Shown: positions 20,608 through 30,335 of the stretch, one piece after another
Position numbering within the stretch: position 1 is the first letter of the stretch
How the letters are laid out: each line of letters starts with the position of its first letter
Assembly: GCA_964419155.1 (NCBI GenBank)
Contig: CAYQOK010000002.1
Location: 7,705 to 59,919, forward strand
Reading direction: 5' to 3'
DNA length: 52,215 nt
Source of the DNA: Candidatus Woesearchaeota archaeon
Lineage (GTDB): Archaea > Nanobdellota > Nanobdellia > Pacearchaeales > GW2011-AR1
Notes under the pieces: model-generated
The model's database searches: none
What the model was told of the DNA's origin: nothing
What the model saw: the letters and a program-made list of their open reading frames with translations, nothing else
Made by a program: the position numbers and the translations under genes

Positions 20608-21087
20608 TTATTTTAATTTTTTTTCTATTTTCTCTAATTGTTTTTTCATTTCTTGAATCTCTTTCCAAGATCTTCTATTAACTTGATAATCATATTCTGC
20701 CATAACCCTATCTCTTTGAGCTTGCCTATTCTGACTCATTAAAATTATTGGTGCTTGAACTGCAGCTAAACAAGATAAAAAAAGATTTAATAAAATATAG
20801 GGGTAGGGGTCAAAAGGTGTTCCTAACTGATATTTTACAAAAAAATAACTATTTAAAATCATCCAAAATGTGAGAAAACTGAAAAAAAGAATAATAAAAA
20901 TCCAACTACCTGCAAATTTAGTTAACATATCTGCAGACCTCTGACCAAAGGTCCTATATTTTTGATTTTCAAAAATAGGATGCATTCCTAATTCTAATAT
21001 ATTTTTACTAAAAAATGGGCGAAAACTAAAAGATCGTGAAATAAAAGAATTCTTAAAATTACTTTTTTTATTTTTATTAACCATCAT
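20608..21087 (-). CDS. DUF1003-type membrane protein
   Basis: Has FGQRSADMLTKFAGSW, two TM helices, PFDPYPYILLNL and QAPIILMSQNRQ, which is the DUF1003 pattern. Confidence 0.7.
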   Translation of the reverse strand: MMVNKNKKSNFKNSFISRSFSFRPFFSKNILELGMHPIFENQKYRTFGQRSADMLTKFAGSWIFIILFFSFLTFWMILNSYFFVKYQLGTPFDPYPYILLNLFLSCLAAVQAPIILMSQNRQAQRDRVMAEYDYQVNRRSWKEIQEMKKQLEKIEKKLK

Positions 21088-21182
21088 TAATCTAATTAAA
21101 AAACATTTAAGAGGTTTATGTAATCACCGTAAAGAGGTTACAATAAAGAAAGATTTATAAATAAGTTCTACTAAAAAGTACT

Positions 21183-21914
21183 ATGAACAAACAATACAAC
21201 AAAGAAGAATTTGAAAAATTTGCAATAGGACTAAAAAAAATATCTGATATTCTTAGATCAGAAAAACCTGATTTTGTTTTTGCACCTGTTGTTGGAAGTG
21301 TTCCACTTATTGATTTAATTTCAATTTCAGATCGTCATTTTAACTTAGATAGTGTCGAATATCCACCAAATTCAAGTAGGTTCTTAAAAAGAGAAGATAT
21401 TATGTCAAAATGGTATTCAAAATTTCTTAAAGAAAACTATTATGGAGAACCTATTAAAATAATCTGTATTGATGAAATAATCTCAGGTTCCTCGGCAATA
21501 AAAGGATACAAAGAATTTCAAAAAGCAATTATAAAATTTAAACAAGAAGAAAATGAAAATCTTGAAAGAAAAGTAAAATATAATATATTAGGCCCTGCTG
21601 AATTACCTAAAAACAAAAAAAGAAATCACGGAATAACAAGATTAGTTAATAAAAAAATAGCTAAAATTATTGAAGTTGGAAAAATAATTACATCTGATAA
21701 CCCAGATTTAAATTATATAAGATTAAAAAGTGGTGGGTTTAATGCTCAAGGAAGAGAGATATATTTACCTGAAATTGAGTTTTTTAAGGTTTCTCCAGAA
21801 TATATAACCCTTTTACAGAATTTTGCATCTTATATGGGTGCAGATCCAAAAAATGTAAGTGTAAACAATCTAAGTAGAATTAAAGAAAGTTTAGAAAATT
21901 ATCTTTTAGATTAA
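21183..21914 (+). CDS. Hypothetical protein, possibly phosphoribosyltransferase-like fold
   Basis: FVFAPVVGSVPL and IICIDEIISGSSAIKG resemble the PRTase PRPP loop. This is weak. Confidence 0.4.
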   Translation: MNKQYNKEEFEKFAIGLKKISDILRSEKPDFVFAPVVGSVPLIDLISISDRHFNLDSVEYPPNSSRFLKREDIMSKWYSKFLKENYYGEPIKIICIDEIISGSSAIKGYKEFQKAIIKFKQEENENLERKVKYNILGPAELPKNKKRNHGITRLVNKKIAKIIEVGKIITSDNPDLNYIRLKSGGFNAQGREIYLPEIEFFKVSPEYITLLQNFASYMGADPKNVSVNNLSRIKESLENYLLD

Positions 21915-21963
21915 AAAAATAAATAAAAGTAACCTTTAATAATCCTTTTTCTTTTCAATAATT

Positions 21964-23400
21964 ATGAAAAATCAAGATAAATTTAAATTAAAGGCAGGAT
22001 TAGAAATTCACCAACAATTAAACACTGGAAAATTATTTTGTAGGTGCCCTTCGATATTAAGAAATGATGAACCTGACTGGGTTGTCAAAAGAAAACTCCA
22101 CGCAGTTGCAGGAGAAACAGGAGAAATTGATAATGCAGTAAAACATGAAAAAGAATTAGACAGAACATTTACTTATCAGGGATATTCAGATACAAATTGT
22201 TTAGTTGAGTTTGATGAAGCACCACCATTAGAAATTGATAAAGAAGCATTAAAAATAGTTGTCCAGATAGCGATTATTCTTAATTGTAAAATACTTTCAG
22301 TCAGCCAAATTATGAGAAAAACAGTAATTGATGGTTCAAATACTAGTGGTTTTCAAAGAACTGTTTTAATTGCAAGAGATGGTTATATAGAAACATCGTT
22401 AGGAAAAGTTAAAATAGAAAGCATTAATCTAGAAGAAGATTCTGCAAGAATAATCTCAAAAACAAAAGAAAGAGCAGTATATAGACTAGATAGATTAGGG
22501 GTTCCTTTGATTGAAATAAGCACTGCTGCAGATTTGAAAACACCAGAACATATAAAAGAAACTGCACTAAAAATAGGGGAAATATTAAGAGCATTTAAAA
22601 TAAAAAGAGGTATCGGAACAATAAGACAGGATGTTAATATCTCTACTCCAGGACATCCAAGAATAGAAATAAAAGGATTTCAAGAACCAAAAATGTTTAT
22701 TAGTGTAATAAACAATGAAATTAAAAGACAACAAACAGAAGTCCTATCTAACAAACCATTAGAAAAACAAGTTCGTCAAGCAAATATTGATGGGTCTACA
22801 ATTTTTTTAAGACCTATGCCAGGAGCTGCAAGAATGTATCCTGAAACAGATTTATTATTATTAAAAATAAGTAAACAATTTATAGATCAGGCAAAAAAAG
22901 AAATACCAAAAACAATTGAAGATCAAAAAAGAGAATTAAAACAAAAAGGATTAAATGAAGAACAAGCAGTACAATTAATTAAATCTGGAAAATTTAAGGA
23001 ATTTGAAAATTTAGTTAAAATATACAGTAACCCAGAATTTATTTTTAAAGCAATATTAATATTCCCAAAAGAAATAGCTAGTCATAATAATCTGGAAAAT
23101 TATGAAGACATTTTTAATGAAGATGTAATAGAATCAATAATTCAAGAGATATCTAAAAAAACAATTGAAGAACAAGACATTAAACAAGTTTTAGAAAATA
23201 TTGCAAATAAAATTCCTCTTGAAAATGCACTAAAAATTGAAAAAATAGACTCTGGTGAACTTGAATCAGAAATCGCAAAAATAATTAGACAAAAACCAAA
23301 TCTTTCTTCAAACGCATATATGGGTCTTGTTATGAAAGATTTAAAAGGAAAAATATCTGGAAAAGAAGCAAAAGAAATAATCAATAAAATATTAAAATAA
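21964..23400 (+). CDS. gatE: Glu-tRNA(Gln) amidotransferase subunit E, compact form
   Basis: Has GLEIHQQL, VIDGSNTSGFQRT, LDRLGVPLIEI, GIGTIRQDVNIS and RMYPETD (GatE-type rather than GatB YRYFPEPD). A YqeY-like tail is present, but the protein is only 478 aa. Confidence 0.8.
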   Translation: MKNQDKFKLKAGLEIHQQLNTGKLFCRCPSILRNDEPDWVVKRKLHAVAGETGEIDNAVKHEKELDRTFTYQGYSDTNCLVEFDEAPPLEIDKEALKIVVQIAIILNCKILSVSQIMRKTVIDGSNTSGFQRTVLIARDGYIETSLGKVKIESINLEEDSARIISKTKERAVYRLDRLGVPLIEISTAADLKTPEHIKETALKIGEILRAFKIKRGIGTIRQDVNISTPGHPRIEIKGFQEPKMFISVINNEIKRQQTEVLSNKPLEKQVRQANIDGSTIFLRPMPGAARMYPETDLLLLKISKQFIDQAKKEIPKTIEDQKRELKQKGLNEEQAVQLIKSGKFKEFENLVKIYSNPEFIFKAILIFPKEIASHNNLENYEDIFNEDVIESIIQEISKKTIEEQDIKQVLENIANKIPLENALKIEKIDSGELESEIAKIIRQKPNLSSNAYMGLVMKDLKGKISGKEAKEIINKILK

Positions 23401-23434
23401 AAAAACTTAAAAAGAGTAAATCATAAAGTAAAAC

Positions 23435-24766
23435 ATGTCTCAAAAAATAAATAACTCTAAAATAGATCTTAAAAAATTAAATAAAATAAGGACCTATATT
23501 TCAGATATTACTCCAAAAGAAGATAATAAAGAAGTTACTGTAGTAGGGTGGATTTATGATTCTAGAAATCTTGGAAATATAAAATTTGCATTACTTAGAG
23601 ATATAACCGGAGAAATTCAAATTACAGGATTTAAAGGAGGAGTTATTGAAAGTATTCTTAATCAATTAACAAAAACAAACAGAGAGAGCGTAGTACTCAT
23701 AAGAGGAATTGTTAAAAAAAATACAAGAGCGCCTGAAGGAAGAGAAATAATTCCAAAAGAATTTGAAGTATTATCAGAAGCTCAAGATCCATTACCAATT
23801 GATGTCTCAGATTTTTCAAAAACAGAACTTCCAAAAAGATTAGATTATAGGTATGTTGATTTGCATAGAAAAAAAATACAAGCAATTTTTAAAATACAAT
23901 CAACATTATTAAATTCATTTAGGGAATATATGTGTGAAAATAAAGGAATTGAATGCATATTTCCGAGTATTATCTCATCAAGTTCAGAAGGGGGAACTGA
24001 ACTATACCCATTAAAATATTTTGAAAAAAATGCCTATTTAAGTCAAAGTTGTCAGTTATATAAGCAAATGCTTGCATGCTCAATGGAAAAAGTATTTGCA
24101 GTTTTTCCTGTATGGAGAGCTGAAAAGCATAATACAGTCAGACATTTAAATGAATCCCGACAATTTGATTTTGAAATGGCTTTTGCAGATGATTTTATAG
24201 CAATGAACGAATTAGAAAATGTAATAAAGTTTATGGTAAAAAAGGTTTTAGAAAAAAATGAAAAAGAATTAAAAGAACTTAAAATAGAAAATCTAAAAAT
24301 TCCAGAATCAAAATATATTACTTTTAAGGAAGCTAATGAATTACTTAAAAAAAATAAAATAAAAACAGAGGAAAAAGATTTAACAGGAGAGGGAGAAAGA
24401 AAATTATGTGAAATCTACTCAGGTAAAATAATTTTTGTTCATGATTGGCCATTAGAAGGAAAACCATTTTATATAATGCCTAAAGAAAATGGATTAAGTA
24501 GGGGTTTTGATGCATTATATAATGGAATGGAAATATCTTCCGGAGGACAAAGAATTCATATCCCAGAACTTTTAAAAGAAAGAATCAAAGCAAAAGGATT
24601 AAAACAAGAAGATTTTGAATCTTATATTAACTCTTTTAAATATGGTGCACCACCTCATGCAGGATGGGGACTCGGAGTAGAAAGATTAACAATGGTTATT
24701 TTAGGGTTACCAAATATTCGTGAAGCAGTTCTTTTTCCGAGAGATAGAGATAGATTATCACCATAA
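23435..24766 (+). CDS. aspS: Aspartyl-tRNA synthetase (archaeal type)
   Basis: An N-terminal OB fold is followed by class II motifs (FRAE-like WRAEKHNT, GGQRIH, GWGLGVERL) and the terminal FPRDRDRLSP. Confidence 0.95.
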   Translation: MSQKINNSKIDLKKLNKIRTYISDITPKEDNKEVTVVGWIYDSRNLGNIKFALLRDITGEIQITGFKGGVIESILNQLTKTNRESVVLIRGIVKKNTRAPEGREIIPKEFEVLSEAQDPLPIDVSDFSKTELPKRLDYRYVDLHRKKIQAIFKIQSTLLNSFREYMCENKGIECIFPSIISSSSEGGTELYPLKYFEKNAYLSQSCQLYKQMLACSMEKVFAVFPVWRAEKHNTVRHLNESRQFDFEMAFADDFIAMNELENVIKFMVKKVLEKNEKELKELKIENLKIPESKYITFKEANELLKKNKIKTEEKDLTGEGERKLCEIYSGKIIFVHDWPLEGKPFYIMPKENGLSRGFDALYNGMEISSGGQRIHIPELLKERIKAKGLKQEDFESYINSFKYGAPPHAGWGLGVERLTMVILGLPNIREAVLFPRDRDRLSP

Positions 24767-24809
24767 AAAAACTCCAAATATTTATAAATAATCAATTTCT
24801 TTTTGTTTT

Positions 24810-25058
24810 ATGGATAATAATGACCTTAAAGTACAGGATATAAAAAATAAAGCAAAACAAATAATAGATAATTTCTCAAAAGCACTTGAAAAAGAAAAAA
24901 TTAAAAGTTTAAATGAAAATATAACTACCATAAATGATAGAAGAAAAGAAAAAATTAATAATACAAAAAAAGTAGATTTTAAATTTAGAGAGATATTATT
25001 TCAAAATGCACCTCAAAAAAATAATGAATTTATAATTGCAGAAAAAAAACACTGGTAA
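24810..25058 (+). CDS. gatC: Probable amidotransferase subunit C
   Basis: An 82-aa protein located just upstream of gatA. Its C-terminal segment REILFQNAPQKNNEFIIAEK resembles the GatC tail. Moderate confidence only. Confidence 0.55.
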   Translation: MDNNDLKVQDIKNKAKQIIDNFSKALEKEKIKSLNENITTINDRRKEKINNTKKVDFKFREILFQNAPQKNNEFIIAEKKHW

Positions 25059-25059
25059 A

Positions 25060-25311
25060 ATGCTATACAAACTTGACTCTAATTTGCAAGAGAAACTAAA
25101 TAAATTAAGACCTGATATAAAAGAATATTTATTTAAGATAATGCCAATAAAAATGAATGAAAAAAGACCTGCAGAAATTTATGAGCATCACAAAAAAAAC
25201 ATTAGTCATTTATGCGGATGGGATTCTGAAAAAGATAAATATAACCAAAATCAATATGATGATGCAATTAGTTTAATGATAAAAATTTTAGGTTCAGATA
25301 GGTTATTTTGA
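25060..25311 (+). CDS. Hypothetical 83-aa protein wedged between gatC and gatA
   Basis: The ATG lies 1 nt after the gatC stop, and the ORF ends 3 nt before gatA. I recognise no motif. Confidence 0.4.
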   Translation: MLYKLDSNLQEKLNKLRPDIKEYLFKIMPIKMNEKRPAEIYEHHKKNISHLCGWDSEKDKYNQNQYDDAISLMIKILGSDRLF

Positions 25312-25314
25312 ATA

Positions 25315-26664
25315 ATGATAAAAGAAAAATTAAATCAGATAATATCTGGAAAATTAACAGCACAAGAAAATTTAAAAGAGTTCTTAGAAAAAATAGAAGA
25401 AGATAATAAAAACAATAAGATAAATGCTTTCACTCATCTAAATAAGAATTCATATTTGGATGCAAAAGAGGTTGATAAAAAAATACAGCAACAAAACAAT
25501 GAGGCTGGTAAATTAGCTGGCCTTGTTGTTGCTGTTAAATCTAATATCTGTGTGAAGAATTTAATTACAAATTGTGCTTCAAAAACACTTGAAAATTATA
25601 CTGCACCTTATAATGCCACAGTTATTGAAAAACTAAAAAAAGAAGGTATAATAATAATTGGAATGACTAATTGTGATGAATTTGCTTCAGGATCTTCAGG
25701 AGAAACTTCTGCATTTGGACCTACAAAAAATCCAACTGCATTAGATAGAATTCCTGGAGGAAGTTCAAGTGGTTCTGCTGCTGCAGTTTCAGCAGATTTT
25801 TGTGATTTTGCATTAGGAAGTGATACAGGAGGAAGCATTAGAAATCCTGCTTCCCATTGTGGAATTGTTGGATTTAAACCAAGTTATGGTGCTGTTTCCA
25901 GATATGGATTAATTGATTTATCAATGAGTTTAGATACCATAGGAATATTAGCTAAAAGTATAGAGGATGTAAAGATAGTATTTGAAATAATACAGGGGAT
26001 AGATGAAAAAGAAGCAACAACTCAGGATATTAAAAAATTAGATTTAAAAAAAATAAAAAATATTAAAATAGGAACAATAGACCTTAAAACTAATGAAAAA
26101 ATAGAAGAACTAATAAAAAAAAGAATTTCTAAAGTTTCTAATGAAAATAAATACACTTACAAAAAAATAAATTTAAATTATCTTAATCTTGGAATCCAAA
26201 CTTATTATCCAATAAATTATGTTGAATTTTTTTCAGGAACAAGAAAATTTGATGGAAGACGGTTTGGTAAAAAAATTGAAGAGAGTTGTGGAGAAGAAGT
26301 ATTAAGAAGAATTGAGGGTGGAAGAGAGATAAGTAAATCAGAATATAAGGGAAGATATTATAAAAAAGCATTAGAAGTAAAGGAACTAATAAAAAAAGAA
26401 TTTGAAAATGCATTTAAGGAAATTGATTGTATTATAATTCCAACAGTACCAAAACTACCTCACAAACTAAATGAAAAAATAACTATTGAAGACATGTATA
26501 ACTATGATGCACTAACTGTTTTAGCAAATCTTGCTGAGATTCCTGCAATTAGCATACCTGCAGGAAAAATAAATAATATCCCCGTAGGAATGCAAATTCT
26601 TTGTGCAAAAGGAGAAGACCGACTTTTATTAGAAATTGCACAAAAATTTGAATTAAAAGATTAA
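25315..26664 (+). CDS. gatA: Amidotransferase subunit A (amidase signature family)
   Basis: Has the amidase signature GGSSSGSAAAV, GSDTGGSIRNPAS and a Ser-cisSer-Lys context. Confidence 0.9.
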   Translation: MIKEKLNQIISGKLTAQENLKEFLEKIEEDNKNNKINAFTHLNKNSYLDAKEVDKKIQQQNNEAGKLAGLVVAVKSNICVKNLITNCASKTLENYTAPYNATVIEKLKKEGIIIIGMTNCDEFASGSSGETSAFGPTKNPTALDRIPGGSSSGSAAAVSADFCDFALGSDTGGSIRNPASHCGIVGFKPSYGAVSRYGLIDLSMSLDTIGILAKSIEDVKIVFEIIQGIDEKEATTQDIKKLDLKKIKNIKIGTIDLKTNEKIEELIKKRISKVSNENKYTYKKINLNYLNLGIQTYYPINYVEFFSGTRKFDGRRFGKKIEESCGEEVLRRIEGGREISKSEYKGRYYKKALEVKELIKKEFENAFKEIDCIIIPTVPKLPHKLNEKITIEDMYNYDALTVLANLAEIPAISIPAGKINNIPVGMQILCAKGEDRLLLEIAQKFELKD

Positions 26665-26665
26665 A

Positions 26666-27331
26666 ATGAATCTTAAGGACATTAAAATTAAATGGTTAGG
26701 ACATGATTCTTTTTTAATTAAAATTACTAAAGAAAAAAGATATATTTATATTGATCCCTTTAAAATCCCTAAAAATAGTAAAAAAGCAGACATAATATTA
26801 ATAACCCATATCCATTATGATCATTTTTCAATTAAAGATATAAAAAATATCTTAAAAAAAGATACAATAATTTTATGCACAAAAGATGTAGGAGAAAAGT
26901 TAGTTAATATTAAAGAATCAATTAATCTAAAAATAATATTTCCAAATCAAGAAATTAAATTAAACGACCTAGTTATAAAAACAATACCTGCATACAACCT
27001 AAATAAAATATTTCACTTAAAAAAGGAAAACTGGGTTGGATATATTATTGAATTGAAAAACAAAAAAATATATCATGCAGGAGATACTGATTTAATTCCT
27101 GAAATGAGGGAGTTATCTAATGAAAATATTGATATAGCACTTCTTCCAATAAGCGGAACCTATGTAATGGATATTCAAGAAGCTTTAGAAGCAGCAAAAG
27201 TTATTAAGCCAAAATTAGTTATCCCAATGCACTATGGAGAAATAATCGGAGATAAAACTACAGCTAAAAAATTTGAGGAATTATGCAGTAATAAAAACAT
27301 AAATATTAAAATACTAGAAAAACAAGAATAA
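26666..27331 (+). CDS. MBL-fold metallo-hydrolase (UPF0173-like)
   Basis: Has THIHYDH, HAGDT and PMHYG motifs. Confidence 0.8.
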   Translation: MNLKDIKIKWLGHDSFLIKITKEKRYIYIDPFKIPKNSKKADIILITHIHYDHFSIKDIKNILKKDTIILCTKDVGEKLVNIKESINLKIIFPNQEIKLNDLVIKTIPAYNLNKIFHLKKENWVGYIIELKNKKIYHAGDTDLIPEMRELSNENIDIALLPISGTYVMDIQEALEAAKVIKPKLVIPMHYGEIIGDKTTAKKFEELCSNKNINIKILEKQE

Positions 27332-27334
27332 AAA

Positions 27335-27925
27335 ATGAATAAATTTGAAAAACAAAAAAAAGATATCTTAGAAAAGTCAGATAAAAGCAGTATTGGGAAA
27401 TGGGATAAGAAAATAGTTTTGTTGTGTAATCTAATAAATAAAAGCCTGAACTACTATACAACTTCTTCTTGTTCTGGAAGAATTGTTCTTTTAAAAGATA
27501 AATCAAAAAAAGGCCCTGGAATGTTTTTTTTCAGAACCCATAATAAAACAAGTTTTAATGAGATAACTAAAGAATTAAAAAACTCCTTAAAAAATTTAAA
27601 AGAAAGAGAACAAGTTATTTATAAACAAGAATCATTTATATTACATATAGCATGTAATAATCTAGAAAACGCAAACATTCTAATATCTTTAGCTCAAAAA
27701 GCAGGTTTAAAGCAATCTTATATCTTACCTATTTCAAAAAAGCAAGAAAGAATAAATTGTGAATTGAAAAGTTCTGAGATAATTCAATTTCCAATTGTAT
27801 ATAATAAAGAGATAGTTAGAGATGAAGATTTTATTAAAAATATTATAAAAAGATCTAATAAAAACCTTGAAAAAACATGGAATAAGATAAAAAGTTTTGA
27901 AAAAATATTAAAAGAAGATTTATAA
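27335..27925 (+). CDS. taw3: tRNA wybutosine-synthesizing protein 3 homolog (Taw3)
   Basis: DKSSIGKWDKKI...LIN....YYTTSSCSGRIVL is the TYW3 signature. Confidence 0.75.
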   Translation: MNKFEKQKKDILEKSDKSSIGKWDKKIVLLCNLINKSLNYYTTSSCSGRIVLLKDKSKKGPGMFFFRTHNKTSFNEITKELKNSLKNLKEREQVIYKQESFILHIACNNLENANILISLAQKAGLKQSYILPISKKQERINCELKSSEIIQFPIVYNKEIVRDEDFIKNIIKRSNKNLEKTWNKIKSFEKILKEDL

Positions 27926-27974
27926 TATCCTATAGAAATTTATTCTCGACAATAATAAACTATTTAAATAAGAA

Positions 27975-28088
27975 AACTCCCTTCTATATACTAAAAATAA
28001 AACATTCGATATTTTGCTCTTTTCTAGTATTTAGAGGGAGTTAAAATAAACAAAGTGTAGAGATATTTAAACATTTCGAGTATCTCTA
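27975..28088 (+). promoter_or_regulatory. Two stem-loops in the taw3-ftsZ spacer (structured leader or terminator)
   Basis: AACTCCCTTCTATATACTA (27975-27993) pairs with TAGTATTTAGAGGGAGTT (28025-28042), with one bulge and one mismatch. TAGAGATA (28058-28065) pairs with TATCTCTA (28081-28088). Confidence 0.35.
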
Positions 28089-28094
28089 TACAAA

Positions 28095-28124
28095 ATGATG
28101 AAAGGAGGAAAAGAAAAAAAATAA
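28095..28124 (+). other. 9-codon upstream mini-ORF whose TAA overlaps the ftsZ ATG (TAATG)
   Basis: ATG ATG AAA GGA GGA AAA GAA AAA AAA TAA was read directly. The stop at 28122-28124 overlaps the ftsZ start at 28124. It may equally be an AGGAGG ribosome-binding region. Confidence 0.25.
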
Positions 28125-29206
28125 TGGTATTAGATTTTGCAAAAGAGGCAATAGAGAACTTAGAGCAGAACAGTATAAACTTTGATGATCTTAGAGCAGG
28201 TAAAGCAAATATAAAGGTTTTTGGAATTGGTGGTGCTGGTTGCAATGCAGTGACCTGGTTGTTTAACAAGGGCATTAACGGCGCAACAGTATATGGTGCA
28301 AATACAGATGCACTTCACCTGAGTATAACCAAAGCAGATGATAAAATTCTTATTGGAAAAGAATTAACAAAAGGACTTGGTGCAGGAGGACATCCAAATG
28401 TGGGAAGAGAAGCTGCAAAAGAATCTCTATCAGAAATAAAAAAAGCAGTAGCAGGCTCTGATATGGTATTTATTCTAGGTGGAGAAGGGGGAGGAACTGG
28501 AACTGGTGCAATGCCAGTATTTGCACAAATGTCAAAAGAATCTGGAGCAGTAGTAATCGGTGTAATTACAATGCCCTTTGAATGTGAAAAAGCGAGAATT
28601 GACAAAGCAGAATTTGGACTTCAAGAACTAAGAGACAATGTTGACACAGTTATTGTAATTGATAATAACAGACTAGTTGATATTGCTGGACAACTTCCAA
28701 TTCAACAAGCATTTGCAGTAGCAAATGAATTAATAAGCACAATGATAAAAGGAATTGTTGAAACAATTACACTACCTAGTCTTATTAATTTAGATTATGC
28801 AGATGTCTCATCAATAATGAAAAAAGGAGAAGTTGCGGTTATAGGAATTGGAGAATCAGATTCAAGTGATAGAGTTAATGAGGCAGTAAGACAGGCACTA
28901 GCACATCCACTACTAGATGTAGATTATACTGGTGCAAATGGAGCTTTAATCCACATAACCTGTGGACCAGATATGAAATTAGAAGAATTTAGTCAAATAG
29001 GAGAATTAATAACAGAAAATCTTTCTCCAGAAGCTCAAGTTATTATTGGAGCAAGAATTAATAAAGATTTTCAAGGAAAAGTAAGAGTTATAACAATCAT
29101 GACTGGAGTAAAAAGTCCATATGTGTTAGGAAAAGCTGATGAACCAGAATACTCTAAAATCTCTTCAAGTATGTCAGAATTAGGCATAGAAATTTTAAGA
29201 GATTAA
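28124..29206 (+). CDS. ftsZ: Cell division GTPase FtsZ
   Basis: Has GIGGAGCNAV, GLGAGGHPNVG and the tubulin signature GGGTGTGA. Confidence 0.95.
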   Translation: MVLDFAKEAIENLEQNSINFDDLRAGKANIKVFGIGGAGCNAVTWLFNKGINGATVYGANTDALHLSITKADDKILIGKELTKGLGAGGHPNVGREAAKESLSEIKKAVAGSDMVFILGGEGGGTGTGAMPVFAQMSKESGAVVIGVITMPFECEKARIDKAEFGLQELRDNVDTVIVIDNNRLVDIAGQLPIQQAFAVANELISTMIKGIVETITLPSLINLDYADVSSIMKKGEVAVIGIGESDSSDRVNEAVRQALAHPLLDVDYTGANGALIHITCGPDMKLEEFSQIGELITENLSPEAQVIIGARINKDFQGKVRVITIMTGVKSPYVLGKADEPEYSKISSSMSELGIEILRD

Positions 29207-29212
29207 TTTTAA

Positions 29213-29250
29213 GCCCTTTTGGGCATTTTTTATTTTTATTTTTATTTTTT
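29213..29250. terminator. GCCC-TTTT-GGGC hairpin followed by a T-rich tract between convergent genes
   Basis: Read directly: aaGCCCttttGGGCattttttatttttatttttatttttt. Archaeal termination commonly uses oligo-T. Confidence 0.35.
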
Positions 29251-29806
29251 AATCCCTCGGATCTGAAAGAGGAATCATATACTTATTTTTATATTTATCA
29301 AAATAAACATAATTAGAAAAATCAATTCTATTTTTTCTTTCTTTTTTTAAAAGTTCAAATCCGACTGGAAGAATTGCTTCAACAATTATATTATCTGGAA
29401 TATTAAGAATTTTTTTAACAGAAAAATCACAAAAAGCGCCAATCCAACAACTAGATAATTTTAAATCAGTTATTTTTAATAAAAAATTTTCAATTGAAGC
29501 TCCTGCTTGTTGCCTACTATACATTTCTGCCCGATCATAATAACTTTTTTCTAAAAGAGTTTTATCAGAACAAACAACAACAGCATAAAAAACATCTTTA
29601 AAAAAAGGTTGTTCAGAAGCATCAGATAATGCTTTAATCTTATCTTTATCTGAAACTAAAATATATCTTAAAGAAGGAATATTTCCTGCGCAAGGCGCCT
29701 TAAATGCAGATTCAACTGCAAAAAGAATCTTTCTATAATCAGGCTTTTTAGATTTTTTAAAACTTCTAACTGATTTCCTCTTTTCTATAACTTTATCTAA
29801 GTCCAT
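29249..29806 (-). CDS. Nitroreductase-family protein
   Basis: Has RKSVRSF near the N-terminus, and a central segment and overall size typical of FMN nitroreductases. Confidence 0.8.
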   Translation of the reverse strand: MDLDKVIEKRKSVRSFKKSKKPDYRKILFAVESAFKAPCAGNIPSLRYILVSDKDKIKALSDASEQPFFKDVFYAVVVCSDKTLLEKSYYDRAEMYSRQQAGASIENFLLKITDLKLSSCWIGAFCDFSVKKILNIPDNIIVEAILPVGFELLKKERKNRIDFSNYVYFDKYKNKYMIPLSDPRD

Positions 29807-29872
29807 AAAAATAATATGAATAGTAATTATTTAAATATTATGTAAAAACTAATTTAAGAAATCTAATAAGAT

Positions 29873-30169
29873 TTACTTTTTTCTTTTAATAACTCTAAAT
29901 TTTAAATCTTTTCTCTCAACCCCTAACCAAAAAGAAAGCTCCTTAAGATTAGAATAACCATATTGCCTTTCGCCTAAACAAATAGGATAACTATCTAAAC
30001 AAATATTATCAAATTTAATTTTTTTAATTTTAGAAAGAGTAAAATTAACCAATTCTTCTTGAACTCCTGATTGAATAGAAAAATTATTTGATAATTTTTC
30101 ATTATCTAAAATGTAGGTAACATAAATCTCCCCTAAATCAAAAGAATATCTTAGGTTAATATAATTCAT
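29873..30169 (-). CDS. Hypothetical protein
   Basis: A 98-aa ORF with no recognised motif. Confidence 0.4.
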   Translation of the reverse strand: MNYINLRYSFDLGEIYVTYILDNEKLSNNFSIQSGVQEELVNFTLSKIKKIKFDNICLDSYPICLGERQYGYSNLKELSFWLGVERKDLKFRVIKRKK

Positions 30170-30206
30170 TTTCAGATACTTTGTAAAATTTATTTTAAAA
30201 TATAAG

Positions 30207-30279
30207 CGTCTCGGAGAGGACTCGAACCTCTGACCCCATGATTAACAGTCATGTGCTCTACCAACTGAGCTACCGAGAC
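30207..30279 (-). tRNA. tRNA-Asn (anticodon GUU)
   Basis: The reverse complement folds as acceptor GTCTCGG/CCGAGAC, anticodon arm CATGA-CTGTTAA-TCATG, T arm AGAGG-TTCGAGT-CCTCT. Confidence 0.9.
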
Positions 30280-30335
30280 ATATTATAAATTATTTAGAAT
30301 AAAAGTCTTTAAAAGTCTTATTGTTCTTAAAATGA

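Noticed and set aside
28095-28101. C/D-box sRNA (ATGATGA matches the C box)
   Set aside because: No CTGA D box or terminal stem lies within the expected 50-70 nt, and the motif overlaps a plausible mini-ORF or ribosome-binding region.
28024-28275. 83-aa minus-strand ORF spanning the ftsZ start
   Set aside because: It overlaps the highly conserved FtsZ N-terminus and the hairpin region, so it is a shadow ORF.
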